A stretch of DNA of 64,000 nucleotides from an uncultured Nitrospinota bacterium (GCA_963707985.1 CAVPRW010000003.1:32001-96000); one strand, 5' to 3'. Shown: positions 1 through 10,476, numbered from the stretch's first letter. Notes: generated from the sequence alone by a model not told the origin. A program made the numbers and translations.

Positions 1-171
1 CGAGGGGTGTCAATGGCGGGTGTCGGTTTGAGGCGGCCCTTGTTGGCACCGAATATGGGCCGAACACGACTCATGTGTGCGAGCCCAGAGCTCACTGTTT
101 GCGGGCCGCTACCCCGGCGTGAGACTCCCTTCCAGCCATGATCAGGAGATCCCAGGCAAGATGCCCGGCCC

Positions 172-576
172 TCACGCGGTCTGGGCACCCGTGTAACAGC
201 GTAGTTCAAGCTTGTTCCCATCGGGGTCCCAGAGTTTAAACTGCTGCCCATAGCCCTGCGCCCCCCAGGCCGGACGCACCGTGTCCTCGACCTGAATCCC
301 TTTGGCCTTCAGCTCGGCATGCAGGTGGTGCATGTCCGTCGGGCCAAGCACCAGGCAATAATGATCCATGTTCGGGGTCACACGCTCCCCGGCGGCGATG
401 GGACGGATATCGATGATCGTCTCGGAGGAGATCCGGGCCGACACAAACCCGACGTTCCCGGCCCGGAATTCCTCCAGCCGCAGCAGTTCCAGACCGAGCA
501 CCTCATGATAGAAGTGCATGGCGCGCTCCACATCTTGGGTATTGATCACCATATGGTCTAATCCCACTACGTGCAT
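172..576 (-). CDS. VOC/glyoxalase family protein
   Basis: LDHMVI..DVERAMHFYHEVLGL, MDHYCL and DPDGNKLEL motifs; GGAGGGAG RBS. Confidence 0.9.
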   Translation of the reverse strand: MHVVGLDHMVINTQDVERAMHFYHEVLGLELLRLEEFRAGNVGFVSARISSETIIDIRPIAAGERVTPNMDHYCLVLGPTDMHHLHAELKAKGIQVEDTVRPAWGAQGYGQQFKLWDPDGNKLELRCYTGAQTA

Positions 577-683
577 GGCTCCCTCCCCAGGGTCTTGCCC
601 TGCGAGTATGAGTTCTCGTCACGCGCCACTCGGCCTCGATCGCTACAGAGGACTCTGCCACCGTATCGCCGGGTAGCGACCAT

Positions 684-712
684 ATCCTATGCCGCCTGGG
701 TAGGGGTGTCAA
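684..712 (-). promoter_or_regulatory. sigma70-type promoter for the VOC gene
   Basis: Minus strand TTGACA-N17-TAGGAT about 105 nt upstream of the ATG at 576. Confidence 0.55.
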
Positions 713-985
713 GGAGTCCCCTGGGACTCGCAGTACTGTGGCATGAACTGCTGCACGGCGCGTGCGGGAATGTGGAGGACATCCAGGACATGCTTTAAGC
801 AATTCCCCGGTGGCATTTCGGTTTCGAGTGCAGTCAGCAGTCGGCCAAGTTCCACCGATTCGTCGAGGGTGCGTGCATCCCTGTGGGTCCTGAAAACCCG
901 TAGCAACCACAGACGATAGTGCTACACCCTGCATAGCACGACCCGTCATAGAAGGTCACAGTATGGCAGTGAGTATCTACTACTA

Positions 986-1440
986 CTATGCCGATACCCC
1001 TTCCCAGTACTTGGCATGCCGGCCGGCGTCCGCCAGCACGTCACTGGAGACCCACTCTGCGCCCTTCTCTCTCGCTCGCTGGTCGTTCTCATCGCAGTAG
1101 GCGGCCAGATCGGCCACCACATGGTCGTTGATACACTTCCCCACCGGCTTGGCTTCCTTCATGGCCTCTTTGTATGTGCGAATATACTTCCCCACTCGCT
1201 CGGGACCGGCCTTGCCATGGATCAAGCAGCCGATGCCCACGCTCCCCCGCGATCTGCGCAGTTTCCTCCTGGGTGCACGCGGCCCACAGGGGAGGGGTGG
1301 GGCTTCTGATAAGGCTTGGGGATCACCTGACATGGTGGAATGTGATAGTACTGCCCGTCGTGAGAGAAGACCTCTTCCGTCCAGATCCGAGGGATGATGG
1401 ACAGGGCCTCATCTGACCAGGGTGTCCTCGAGGTTCCGCC
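986..1440 (-). pseudogene. LLM-class flavin-dependent monooxygenase fragment
   Basis: DEALSIIPRIWTEEVFSHDGQYYHIPP..VIPKPYQKPHP then a frameshift to GIGCL..KYIRTYKEA; N-terminus missing and overlapping the amidohydrolase end. Confidence 0.75.
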
Positions 1441-2224
1441 AAACGGGACCAGCTGCAGCGGTCTTGCCGAACATCCACTCCTGATCCTCTGGGCTCTTAA
1501 ACTGCACGTGCTCCATCGGCAACCGCAGGGCATTGCGATACCCTTCGCCTCGCCCAGCCACGGGTGGGAAGTTGCTGCCCCACATCAGTCGCCGGGCCCC
1601 GAAGGCCTCAATGGCCATCTCGATGAGTGGCGGGACGTTCTCAAAGGGGAACGGCTTGCGGAGCGGCATGGGCCGCGGGCACAGTTCTCCAAACCCCGGC
1701 ACTTTCATAAAGATATTGGGATATTGGGCCAGCGCCAGGACTCTCCGGTATCGGTGGTGAGGTGGCTGTGTATCCTGTCCACCGCCCCCGAGATGTTCGA
1801 TAATGATGTGCAGGTGGGGCAAGGCCTTGATGATGTCCTCGAACGCCGGCGAAGCGAACTCCTCCACCGCAGACCCCTGAGCGCTGACCACGAGACCCAG
1901 GTCGGCGGCCTTCCGCCAGATGGCCAGGGGGTCGCGACCCGGCGAGCGTGCGAGTGGCCTCAGCCGGATGCCCTCAATGCCCTGTTTCGTCCACTCCTCC
2001 AGGCGTTCTGGGGCATCAGGCTGGTCGGTGTCAACCAATCCCACCACCGAAAATCGCCCTGGGAAGCGGCGCATACATTCAATGAGATAGGCGTTGTCGT
2101 ACTCCCCGCCGATTTGGATGAGCGTCGCCTTCGCCACCCCGTGCCTGTTCATCTGGTCCAGGAGGGTTTCAACCGGCTCGTACCAGTAGGGTGACGCATG
2201 GCAGTGCGTGTCGACGACGACCAT
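1409..2224 (-). CDS. Amidohydrolase_2 family metal-dependent hydrolase
   Basis: VDTHCH, IIEHLGG and RLMWGSNFP motifs; C-terminus may be altered by a deletion junction. Confidence 0.9.
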   Translation of the reverse strand: MVVVDTHCHASPYWYEPVETLLDQMNRHGVAKATLIQIGGEYDNAYLIECMRRFPGRFSVVGLVDTDQPDAPERLEEWTKQGIEGIRLRPLARSPGRDPLAIWRKAADLGLVVSAQGSAVEEFASPAFEDIIKALPHLHIIIEHLGGGGQDTQPPHHRYRRVLALAQYPNIFMKVPGFGELCPRPMPLRKPFPFENVPPLIEMAIEAFGARRLMWGSNFPPVAGRGEGYRNALRLPMEHVQFKSPEDQEWMFGKTAAAGPVWRNLEDTLVR

Positions 2225-2265
2225 TGGGCGGCTCCTTTCTTGTCGTTGTCTGCGCTGGAATTCCC

Positions 2266-2908
2266 GGGAGTGTTCCTCAGTTTACGTGATGAACAGAGTC
2301 GGGATCAGGGAATAGTTGTTCGAGTTTATCATGCTTGTCCAGGAATGTCGCTGGGACACGATACCCGAGCAGCTCAGCTGTCATCCACACTCCATCAGGC
2401 ATCCTTGCCGTCATGGCTGAGGTGACGGTTTGCCATTGGCGCGGTGACCCTTGGCCTCGCGTGGGTAATGTGGGCATCCGTGACAGCGACCACGCGCTGG
2501 AGCAGTCGACGGGCGTTTTCCTGCGTGCGCTTGCCAACGACACAGGCGACGATCAACCGCCAGGCTGACACAAAGGCCACCCACACTCAGGCATCGCCAT
2601 AACTGTCGCCAGAGCCCCTTCGTCGTCAGTAGGTGAGGCTCTTGCGTCTGGACGACACTCCACAGTGCATCCCATGGGCATCCTGTGACATGGAGATACT
2701 GCTAGTGCGCCAACATCACCCGCCGACACTGACGGGCGCCACGATTCAACCAGGCGCAGATCGTCTGTTTGTCGCGTTGGACCATCCGAGCGGTCGCATG
2801 GATGGAAGCGCCCTCCGCCAGAGCGCGCACAGCCAGTTCAACAAGCGCCAGAGGCAAACTGGGTGCTCGCTCAAGCGATCCCATCACGTAAACTGAGGGA
2901 CACCTCCC
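2266..2908 (-). mobile_element. Internally deleted IS1-family element
   Basis: About 26-bp terminal IRs (GGGAGTGTTCCTCAGTTTACGTGATG at 2266-2291; reverse complement at 2882-2908); transposase fragments LAEGASIHATARMV and WVAFVSAWRLIVACVVGKRTQENA. Confidence 0.75.
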
Positions 2909-3202
2909 CAATTTGCGTCAGAACCCTTTTTCATCACGTCAGCCGGCGCAGCCTAACGCACGCTCCCGTATAAGAGGCCAATGCAGAGATCTCACACTTC
3001 TCCACATGAAGGTCTGGGCATGCCTGCCGTATCCGATTCTGCGACTGTTAGGGGTATAGCGATACGTAGGTGTGCGATACACCGCATACCTACGTATCCC
3101 GGCTGGACCCGATTAACGGAGGGGAGCATGGCAGCCTCTGCTTCCCTCACGTGTGTCTGGACGGCCGTGAGGGTGCGCGCTTGGGACAGTGGTGACGCCC
3201 TT

Positions 3203-3640
3203 TCACCCTTTGCGCCGCGTCTTGGTCTCGGCCCAGGCCGCAATCTTGGGCAGGGCCGCCTCGACGGCTCGCTGGTCAAGATCTCTGGCGATGGGCTCAG
3301 CCTCACAGCGGATCAGCATGGCCGGTAGCCGATGCGTGATCTTGTCCAGGGTCCAGGCCAGCGGATCGCCTTCGGCCGTATAGTCCAGCTCCAATCGCTC
3401 GTTCTTCTGGACAGTGGCATTGCGGTAATGGTAATGGGGGTGCACGGCGAAACAGTCGAAGCGGAGCAGTTCCTTGTCCTGGCCCGCGATTGCATTCCCG
3501 TAGACGTGGATGCACAAGCCCTCGTCCCGGCCGGGGAGCAGACGGTACTCCAGCCCAAAGGTCACAGCTCCCGCTGGGATCAGCTCCTCGGAACCGCCAA
3601 TTTCGCCGCCCATCTGCGCATGCATGGTCGGTTGCGCCAT
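3203..3640 (-). CDS. Conserved hypothetical protein (ELLRFDCF..HPHYHY motif)
   Basis: 145-aa ORF with GGAGGGA RBS and a His-rich motif. Confidence 0.75.
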   Translation of the reverse strand: MAQPTMHAQMGGEIGGSEELIPAGAVTFGLEYRLLPGRDEGLCIHVYGNAIAGQDKELLRFDCFAVHPHYHYRNATVQKNERLELDYTAEGDPLAWTLDKITHRLPAMLIRCEAEPIARDLDQRAVEAALPKIAAWAETKTRRKG

Positions 3641-3868
3641 GGTTTGTCCCTCCGTCGATTACACATATCGCCTCGGAAATTCAACGACTGACAGATGCCC
3701 ACACGTGCGAAAAAGCAAATTTGCGACAGCACCTTTGAACGTGCCTATCACCTCAGCCACGGGACTCCATTCGTGCCCGCTTGACAAATGGGGTGCACTA
3801 CACCATAGCGAAGTGAGGGTGCGCCTAGGGTGTGCCTATTGTCCGCCAAAACACCACTGTCGAGTTTC

Positions 3869-4597
3869 CTAACCCCCGTGCCCCTCCGCGACTATTGGGT
3901 TAAAGGTCACCCGCTTCAGCGGCAGGTTGCTGGTGTTGCGCCACTGATGGAATGCGTGGGGTGGCACCAGCACGGCATCCCCTTCGGCGACCGTGTACTC
4001 TTTCCCTTCACAGAACAAGGTGCCGTGCCCTTCCAGGATATAGACGACGTGCTCCCAGGGGTGAGCGTGGCCGCCACCGTCCGGGTGGCTGACGGCGCCT
4101 GGCGCCATGTTGCCGTTGTAGAGCATCACATACGTGGGCACGCCATCCCTGGTGTTGAGTATTCGGCTGCCGGTTTCCGCGTTCAAATCCCGATAGTTGC
4201 GGATGACCGGCACAGCGCCGTTGCCCGGCTGCCTTGGGGCGCTTCTGACTGCCCCCGGGCCGCCGCTCTGGGCGGCCATGAGCGGGTTGATCTCGATGCG
4301 TCGCATGACGCCCTGCCCACCGTTGTTCAGGGTGTAATGCTCCACATCCCCCGGGATAAAGATGGCGTCGCCCTCCCTGACCGGGTACTCCTTGCCGTCG
4401 CAGACCAGGGTGCCACGGCCCTTGAGAATATATACCTCATGCTCCCAGGGATGCGTGTGGTGCGTGCTGGTCTTGTCGGGATAAATCTCCGAATAGCTCA
4501 TGGTGCAGGTGGGTGGGTCGTCGTCTAACGAGATGAGTCGGGCGGCCGGACCTTCTGGCGTATGGATACTTCTGAAGTTTCGAATGACGGGTTCCAC
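3869..4597 (-). CDS. Bicupin (two cupin_2 domains)
   Basis: Tandem HxHPWEHxVYILxGxGTL...EGDA...H repeats; internal duplication visible. Confidence 0.9.
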   Translation of the reverse strand: MEPVIRNFRSIHTPEGPAARLISLDDDPPTCTMSYSEIYPDKTSTHHTHPWEHEVYILKGRGTLVCDGKEYPVREGDAIFIPGDVEHYTLNNGGQGVMRRIEINPLMAAQSGGPGAVRSAPRQPGNGAVPVIRNYRDLNAETGSRILNTRDGVPTYVMLYNGNMAPGAVSHPDGGGHAHPWEHVVYILEGHGTLFCEGKEYTVAEGDAVLVPPHAFHQWRNTSNLPLKRVTFNPIVAEGHGG

Positions 4598-4817
4598 AGC
4601 ATTGCCCTCCTGTCAGTGTCGATGACTTCTCGCATGTTGAGTGTTCCCCGTTCTTGCACGATTTCGCGAGGCATGTGTCGGGTGTTGGCCCTCTCGAGGG
4701 GGAGAGGACATGACAATGCCAAAAGTGCACGTTCGGCACGCATAGCAACATGTCGAGGCATCATAGATTATCGTCCTGCCTGTCTGTGAACATTGATATA
4801 GCCATACATGCGCCTCT

Positions 4818-5594
4818 TTATCTGGGAAATGACTCGAATCGTGCTCGTCCCCCGAGCTGGTCCAGGTATTGGCGAAACTGGTCGATGGCCTTCTGCTCCG
4901 ACATGCCGATAAAGTAGCGCAGGCCGTCGAGATACTTGACCATGTCGCGAGGGCGCATCCCCAGGTCATTCCGAGGATCGGACTGGTGGTACAGGGCGTC
5001 CATGCCATCTTCCAGCCCCACGTACAGGGCATCCTCCAGCACGGCAATGTCGCTGGGGGCCAGGTCCTGGCGCGCGATCCATCGAGCATACACGAAGGGG
5101 AGACCGGTCCATCGGTACCATTCTTCTCCCAGGTCATAGGTGTACGGGTAACCCCGTGCGCCCCAGCGCTGCCGCAGGGCCCGATTCCCGCTGAGGAGGA
5201 AGGCGTCGTAGGGGTCCTGGAGGGTCACATAGGCTTCCGGTTGGACGTGGTATTTCAGGCTGAGCAACACGTGCAGCAGTCGGAGGGCGGTAGAGGTCTC
5301 GTCGGTGATGCCGATGCGCGCATCGTTGAGCTGCTCGATGGGCTGCTTGGAGTACAGGAAGATGTTGCCAGCCCTCCTGGCGCAGGCGAGGCAAAAACCC
5401 GACACCGGCTGAAACCGGTCTTCCAACCGGAAGCAGTCCACCAGAGGCACTGGCCCCGCGTCAATGTCTCCCGCCGCCGCGGCGGCGGCCAGTTGGCTGG
5501 GCCCCATCGCAGACATTTCGATGCCCCGACGGGCCATGTCGAAATACAACGGCTCACATGCGAGATCAGGAATGCGACCCACTTTAATGGTCAT
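4818..5594 (-). CDS. MqnA (chorismate dehydratase)-like protein, divergent
   Basis: KVGRI..L.CEPLY, DLGEEWYRWTGLPFVYARW; typical MqnA length. Confidence 0.8.
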   Translation of the reverse strand: MTIKVGRIPDLACEPLYFDMARRGIEMSAMGPSQLAAAAAAGDIDAGPVPLVDCFRLEDRFQPVSGFCLACARRAGNIFLYSKQPIEQLNDARIGITDETSTALRLLHVLLSLKYHVQPEAYVTLQDPYDAFLLSGNRALRQRWGARGYPYTYDLGEEWYRWTGLPFVYARWIARQDLAPSDIAVLEDALYVGLEDGMDALYHQSDPRNDLGMRPRDMVKYLDGLRYFIGMSEQKAIDQFRQYLDQLGGRARFESFPR

Positions 5595-5787
5595 CGTTGC
5601 GTCCCACGTCTGCTACCTATGCAACCGACCACAACAGAGCCACCAGGCTTGAGAAGCCCGGCGACCCTGTTGTCCCGACCCCGGAGGGATAGCAATGCGT
5701 CGGGACATTCTCCTCGCAGATCAACCCAGGTGCGGCTCCGATGCAGCCGCACCATTCGGGTCCTTCCTTTCTGCTTCCGGGTTGGAC

Positions 5788-6852
5788 CTACTTGTTCTTG
5801 GTATACACCTGGATGCGCGTGCGGTAGGGCTCAAGCACCAAGATCCGGCCCTCCGGATCAACATCCACCGCGATGGGATGCTCGAAATACTTCACCCTCT
5901 CCAGCCCCCAGGCTACCTCCCGCTCGTTCCACATATAGTTGTTGGAGTCCAGCTTGGCGATGCCCCACTTGGATAAGGTGCCCTCCCCCAGGAAGGTGTA
6001 GATGTGGTTGCCACCCGAGTCGAACATTTGAAGCCGATCGTTGTCCCAGTCGGCGACGTAGATATCACCGTCCTTATCCACAGCGACGTCGCTGGGTCGA
6101 TTGAATTGACCATCGCCACTACCGTGGCTACCGAACGTCATCAAGAAGTTTCCTTCAGGGCTGAACTTCTGAATCCGGTCGTTGCGCCAGTCGGCCACGT
6201 AAACGTTGTCCTGGGAGTCTATCTCGATTCCCCAGGGGAAGTTGAACTGGCCATCGCTGCTGCCAAAGCTGCCCCACTTGGCCAGGAACCGGCCGTCCTT
6301 GGTGAACTTCTGGATGCGGTGATTGGAACCGTCCACCACAAACAGGTTGTCCTGGCTGTCGAAGGCGATCCCCGCCGGACGGTTGATCTCGCCGTCGCCG
6401 GAGCCTTCTGTCCCCCACTTGCCCAGGTACTCACCATCGCCACTCCAGATGGAGATGCGCTGGAGCCACTCGTCACTGAGATAGACCTTGTCCTCCTTAT
6501 CAACGGCGAGGCCACGGGGCCAGAAGATCTGATCGTCGCCAAAACCGCCAGTGGAGAATTGTCCCACGAAATGTTCATCGACCGTGCAGATGGAAATGCG
6601 TTTCAGATGGATCCGGTACTCGTAGGAGCGGTTGGCAACGTACATCAAACCCGTCCGGGGGTTGACCACCATGGCCACAGGATAGCGGAAACCCTGACCG
6701 GTCTGCTCGCCGCGACCAATGGTATGGCTATACGTCAGGGGCGACGCTTTCGTTTGCGTGCTGGGTCTGAGCTTAAGTTCTGGCTGACGCTCCCTTGGCG
6801 GTCCCCAGTAATTGTCGTTGAACACCATTTGCTTTGTGCTTGCTGTGCTCAT
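5788..6852 (-). CDS. NHL-repeat beta-propeller protein
   Basis: Repeated GxGDGQFNxPxGIAxDSQDNxYVADxxNxRIQKF. Confidence 0.9.
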   Translation of the reverse strand: MSTASTKQMVFNDNYWGPPRERQPELKLRPSTQTKASPLTYSHTIGRGEQTGQGFRYPVAMVVNPRTGLMYVANRSYEYRIHLKRISICTVDEHFVGQFSTGGFGDDQIFWPRGLAVDKEDKVYLSDEWLQRISIWSGDGEYLGKWGTEGSGDGEINRPAGIAFDSQDNLFVVDGSNHRIQKFTKDGRFLAKWGSFGSSDGQFNFPWGIEIDSQDNVYVADWRNDRIQKFSPEGNFLMTFGSHGSGDGQFNRPSDVAVDKDGDIYVADWDNDRLQMFDSGGNHIYTFLGEGTLSKWGIAKLDSNNYMWNEREVAWGLERVKYFEHPIAVDVDPEGRILVLEPYRTRIQVYTKNK

Positions 6853-6896
6853 TCTTGGCCTCACTTTCTGGTCTGTACATGGGCTGCCTGCAACGT

Positions 6897-6963
6897 GCCA
6901 CAAAGACACCGAACTACAGAGAGGCATACAACCATGCTCTCCGTGTCTCTGTGCCTCTGTGGC
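6897..6963. repeat. Imperfect palindromic intergenic element (CCACAGAG-type REP-like)
   Basis: GCCACAAAGACACCGAACTACAGAGAG...CTCTCCGTGTCTCTGTGCCTCTGTGGC. Confidence 0.5.
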
Positions 6964-7003
6964 TCACGGTGGATACGGCGTAAGGTCGAGGCAAGCCTCG
7001 CCT

Positions 7004-8140
7004 CTACGCATACAGGTCTAGCTGCTCGAAGGTCCCATTGACGATGGGCTTGGAGTCCAGACCCATCCACTGTTCCAGGAGGGTGGCATACAAGCCCCGG
7101 AAGTCGTAGTTGAATTGAAGGTCCCCATCCGCCTGCTTCGCCGGTGCCAGGGATGGGTACTCACTGTACAGCCCTCCCTTGACCTTGTCGCCCACCACCA
7201 GGGCCACTCCACCGGTACCGTGGTCCGTGCCAGAGCCGTTGTCTTTCACCCGACGACCAAACTCGCTGAACAGCAGCATGGTGACGTTGTCCCCCAGGTT
7301 GTGCTCGTGCAGGTCGTCGAAGAAATCCTTGACGTAATTGGCCACATCAGTCCACAGCTTGGCCTGCAGGGTCATGGCGCTGCCGTGCAGGTCGAAGCTG
7401 TTGTAGGGAGAGGTGGTGTAAAAGATCCGGGTCCCTACCTCAGCGATGATCGTCTGGGCCATCATCCGCAGGTACCGGGCCACCGAGTTGTTACCGTACT
7501 CCACGCTGGAGGCGTATTTCTCCGGCACCGTCTTGAGGATGTCGGCCCCCTTGAAGGCGTCCATCCCCGTCTGAGAGAGGTACTCGTGGGTGAAACTCGT
7601 TTCCATCGTCGGCGAGTAGATGCGGGTGAAGGTGTCGAGCGCTGAAAGCCGTTGCTCCTGTTCCTCGATTCCCGGGAGGAGACCATAGGCCTCCAGGTTC
7701 GCCACGGAGGCTACTGGTACCCCGGGGAGCATTAACGCATGGGGCAACCCCCGTCCGTAGTTGACGCCCGTCACCACGTTCTCTTTGGTGGGGTCCAGGT
7801 CTCGGATGGTCCGACCTAGCCAACCCTCGGTAGCGAACTTGTCGGGCTCGCAAGTATGCCATACATCCATGGAGCGGAAGTGGGAACGGTTGCAGTGCGG
7901 GAAGCCCACCCCCTGGATCACTGCGACCTTCCCCTCGTCGTACAGCTGCTTCAGAGGCCCCATGGCGGGATGGAAGCCCACCTGGCTGCTGAGGGCAAGA
8001 ACCTGCTTTTCAGGCACCTGCAACGCTGGCCTTTCGTCGTAGTAGTTGGGATCACCGTAGGGAATAACTGTGTTGATCGCATCATTGCCCCCCGACAACT
8101 GGACGACGACCAGTACCGGGTCCTTTTTGGTAGTTGTCAT
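7004..8140 (-). CDS. DUF1501 family protein (no Tat signal)
   Basis: LVVVQLSGGND, NRSHFRSMDVW, GWLGR, FDLH, SEFGRR and GTDHG motifs. Confidence 0.9.
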   Translation of the reverse strand: MTTTKKDPVLVVVQLSGGNDAINTVIPYGDPNYYDERPALQVPEKQVLALSSQVGFHPAMGPLKQLYDEGKVAVIQGVGFPHCNRSHFRSMDVWHTCEPDKFATEGWLGRTIRDLDPTKENVVTGVNYGRGLPHALMLPGVPVASVANLEAYGLLPGIEEQEQRLSALDTFTRIYSPTMETSFTHEYLSQTGMDAFKGADILKTVPEKYASSVEYGNNSVARYLRMMAQTIIAEVGTRIFYTTSPYNSFDLHGSAMTLQAKLWTDVANYVKDFFDDLHEHNLGDNVTMLLFSEFGRRVKDNGSGTDHGTGGVALVVGDKVKGGLYSEYPSLAPAKQADGDLQFNYDFRGLYATLLEQWMGLDSKPIVNGTFEQLDLYA

Positions 8141-8231
8141 CGCTTCCTCTCCTTTCAATTCGCAGTCAGCCTGCAGCGTTTGCCCCTCCCCTGGTAGGGC
8201 GGGTTCTACAACTGCAGGTTGACCGCTCCCC

Positions 8232-9647
8232 TTAGGCGAACTGGAATTCCTGAGTGGAGACGATCATTTGCAGCATCTGCCCGACTTTGCGGGCGAAGGC
8301 GCTGCGCTCTTCTTCAGTGCTTTGGCGCAGCTCTCCCCCTTTCTCGGCAAACTCGATGAGGCTCCGCAGCGTCTCCTCAGTGACCTCTACAGGCCCTATG
8401 AGGTCCAGACAGCCCTCCACGAACTCCTTGGGGGACATGGTACCCCGCGACATCAGGCGGTCTACGATGTCCTTTATGCCAGGGAGGTCGGTCTGACCCA
8501 CCCACTCGGCAGTCCAGTTGATGCGCTCCAGCAGCGTCCCGCTGTCGATCCATTCCTTCCCGTAGTGCCAGCCTTCCACCGTGGGTGGCTCATACAGCTC
8601 CATGCCCATATACTCGGCTTCATAGCCGATGGATTCCATGCCAGGCCTGAACCCCTCCTTGAAATAGTCCACCAGCTTGATGACGCTCACCACCTGCTCG
8701 GCGGGGGTCTTGACCCGGCTGAAGCGGGCATTCTTGAAGAAGTCGGAGTTCAACAGCACCCGCAGCACCGGCCGGATTTCGTAGTGGTTGTCAAAGTAAG
8801 CCTTCTCCAGGGTCTCGATGGCGGCCATATCCCGGGGAGGAGACATCATCCACTGGGCCACCTGGGGCTCGTCGGCTACGAAGAAGTTGTACAGGTGGCG
8901 GCAGATGAACCGGGCGCAGGCCGGCTGGCGTACGATGATGTCGATGATGTCCTCCCCGTTCCAGCGCCCTGTCTCACCCAGGAACGTCTTCTCACCATCA
9001 TCATGGTCGGCCGGGTCGTACAGGAATTGCCAGTCATAGCGGCCATAGGGGTAGCGGGGAATATGGCCGGTGTATGTCCAACCGGTGAAGGCCCGGGCGC
9101 ACTCCTTCACGTCGTCCTCGGTGTAGTTGGGCTGCCCGTCCTTGCCCACGCCCATGGAGAAGAGCTCCAGCAGCTCCCGGCCGAAGTTCTCATTGATGGA
9201 GCCTTTATGGCTCATCCAGTTGTCCAGGTAGAAGATCATGGCCGGGTTCCGGGCCAGCTCCAGCAGCAGGGTCCGCAAGCTGCCCAAACCCCGGCGTCGG
9301 AACATCTCCACCTGCGCAGCCGTCATTCGACCATGTAATACCTTGGCGTCGCCGGTGCACAGAATGCCATGCCAGAACAGGGCCATCTTCTCTTCCAGGG
9401 GCCGCTTGCCGACAATCATGCGGTAGAACCACAACTGACGACTGGCGTCGGTGGCTGCCCGGTCATGCCATTCTTCCATGTACCGTTCCAGGAGATCGTA
9501 CTCCAGGTCCGGCAAACGCTCCGGGTACAACAGCTCCTCCACGGTGGCTTCATATCCCTTGGCGGCATAAGCTTCCAACTCCGCTCGCGTCGCTCCGAAA
9601 CCGGCGCGCCGCAACAGGTGTGCCATAAGGCCTATGTCTTCAGGCAT
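8232..9647 (-). CDS. DUF1800 family protein
   Basis: HLLRRAGFGA, EKMALFWH, PAMIFYLDN, NENFGRELLELFSMG, YTEDDV..ARAFTGW, PPTVEGW. Confidence 0.9.
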   Translation of the reverse strand: MPEDIGLMAHLLRRAGFGATRAELEAYAAKGYEATVEELLYPERLPDLEYDLLERYMEEWHDRAATDASRQLWFYRMIVGKRPLEEKMALFWHGILCTGDAKVLHGRMTAAQVEMFRRRGLGSLRTLLLELARNPAMIFYLDNWMSHKGSINENFGRELLELFSMGVGKDGQPNYTEDDVKECARAFTGWTYTGHIPRYPYGRYDWQFLYDPADHDDGEKTFLGETGRWNGEDIIDIIVRQPACARFICRHLYNFFVADEPQVAQWMMSPPRDMAAIETLEKAYFDNHYEIRPVLRVLLNSDFFKNARFSRVKTPAEQVVSVIKLVDYFKEGFRPGMESIGYEAEYMGMELYEPPTVEGWHYGKEWIDSGTLLERINWTAEWVGQTDLPGIKDIVDRLMSRGTMSPKEFVEGCLDLIGPVEVTEETLRSLIEFAEKGGELRQSTEEERSAFARKVGQMLQMIVSTQEFQFA

Positions 9648-9760
9648 CTCCTTACCTCCTCCAGGAAATTCGGTTCCCTAGTCGCGATGCTTCACCCCGT
9701 GAAACTCAGATTTGCTGTGTGACCATATGATCTCCTCGCCAAGGACTCAGGCTACCGATA

Positions 9761-10198
9761 GAGAACGTTTGATGCGAGAGGGAGCCACTTCAGGTCTTGG
9801 CTCCCCTGCGGTACGCTCTGCCCATGGACCCCTCATGCATCCCATCCTGCGTCTATCAATTCCGCGTGGTCGTGCAGGGCATCAGTTCGCTGATTTCGCG
9901 CCGGCTCCTCGTCCGCAGCGACATGCCCCTGGCCACCCTCCACACCCTGACGAGCTCTACCACACTGGGGAACGCATCAGTACGGGCTTCGTGGAATCCA
10001 AGGTCCATCAGGTGATCAGCACGTGCTTGTGCACACGCGAGCCGATACCGTGCACCCCATGCGGGGCGCCTCTCCTCTGACCGATACGCACGAGCGTGTT
10101 TACAGGCGATGGGAAGGCGACATTCCGGAAGTGGTCTTCAGGGTTTCTTGCATCCCCCGCCAGCCAATGGCGGCGTACCCCCCAGCATCAACGCTCTC
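9761..10198 (+). mobile_element. Internally deleted ISKra4-family element
   Basis: Ends GAGAACGTTTGATGC and GCATCAACGCTCTC; pRiA4b ORF3-like fragment (VYQFRVVVQGIS..RRLLVRSD) joined to transposase C-terminus (GERISTGFVES.V.QVIS). Confidence 0.7.
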
Positions 10199-10476
10199 CG
10201 GTGCAGAAACAATCGGGGGATGCCCCTCCTACGGGGGGGGATGAGCACAGGTCAGGCCTTGGGGCCTCACCAGAAAACTGGGTGGTGTGGGGAGAGATGG
10301 CAGGGGTGAAGGTGTACACGGTCGGGAGAAGTGGGTGTTCAGCATCGGGGCTCCCTCCATTGAGGCGATTCTAATCCGGAGCGCACCGCAGCGGTGTGAT
10401 GAAAAAACTATGGACCAGTTGATCCAGGTTGTCAACGATAATTGTCATTCGGGTATTGTCAAGTTAACTGGTGGGT

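Noticed and set aside
2951..3053. GCCTAAC...GTTAGGG resembling an attC site
   Set aside because: No complementary L boxes or convincing stem between the ends, and no cassette gene correctly positioned.
4869..9338. Long plus-strand ORFs (4869-6104, 6004-7041, 8268-9338) and similar shadow ORFs elsewhere
   Set aside because: Antisense shadows of real genes, expected in GC-rich coding DNA; no motifs.
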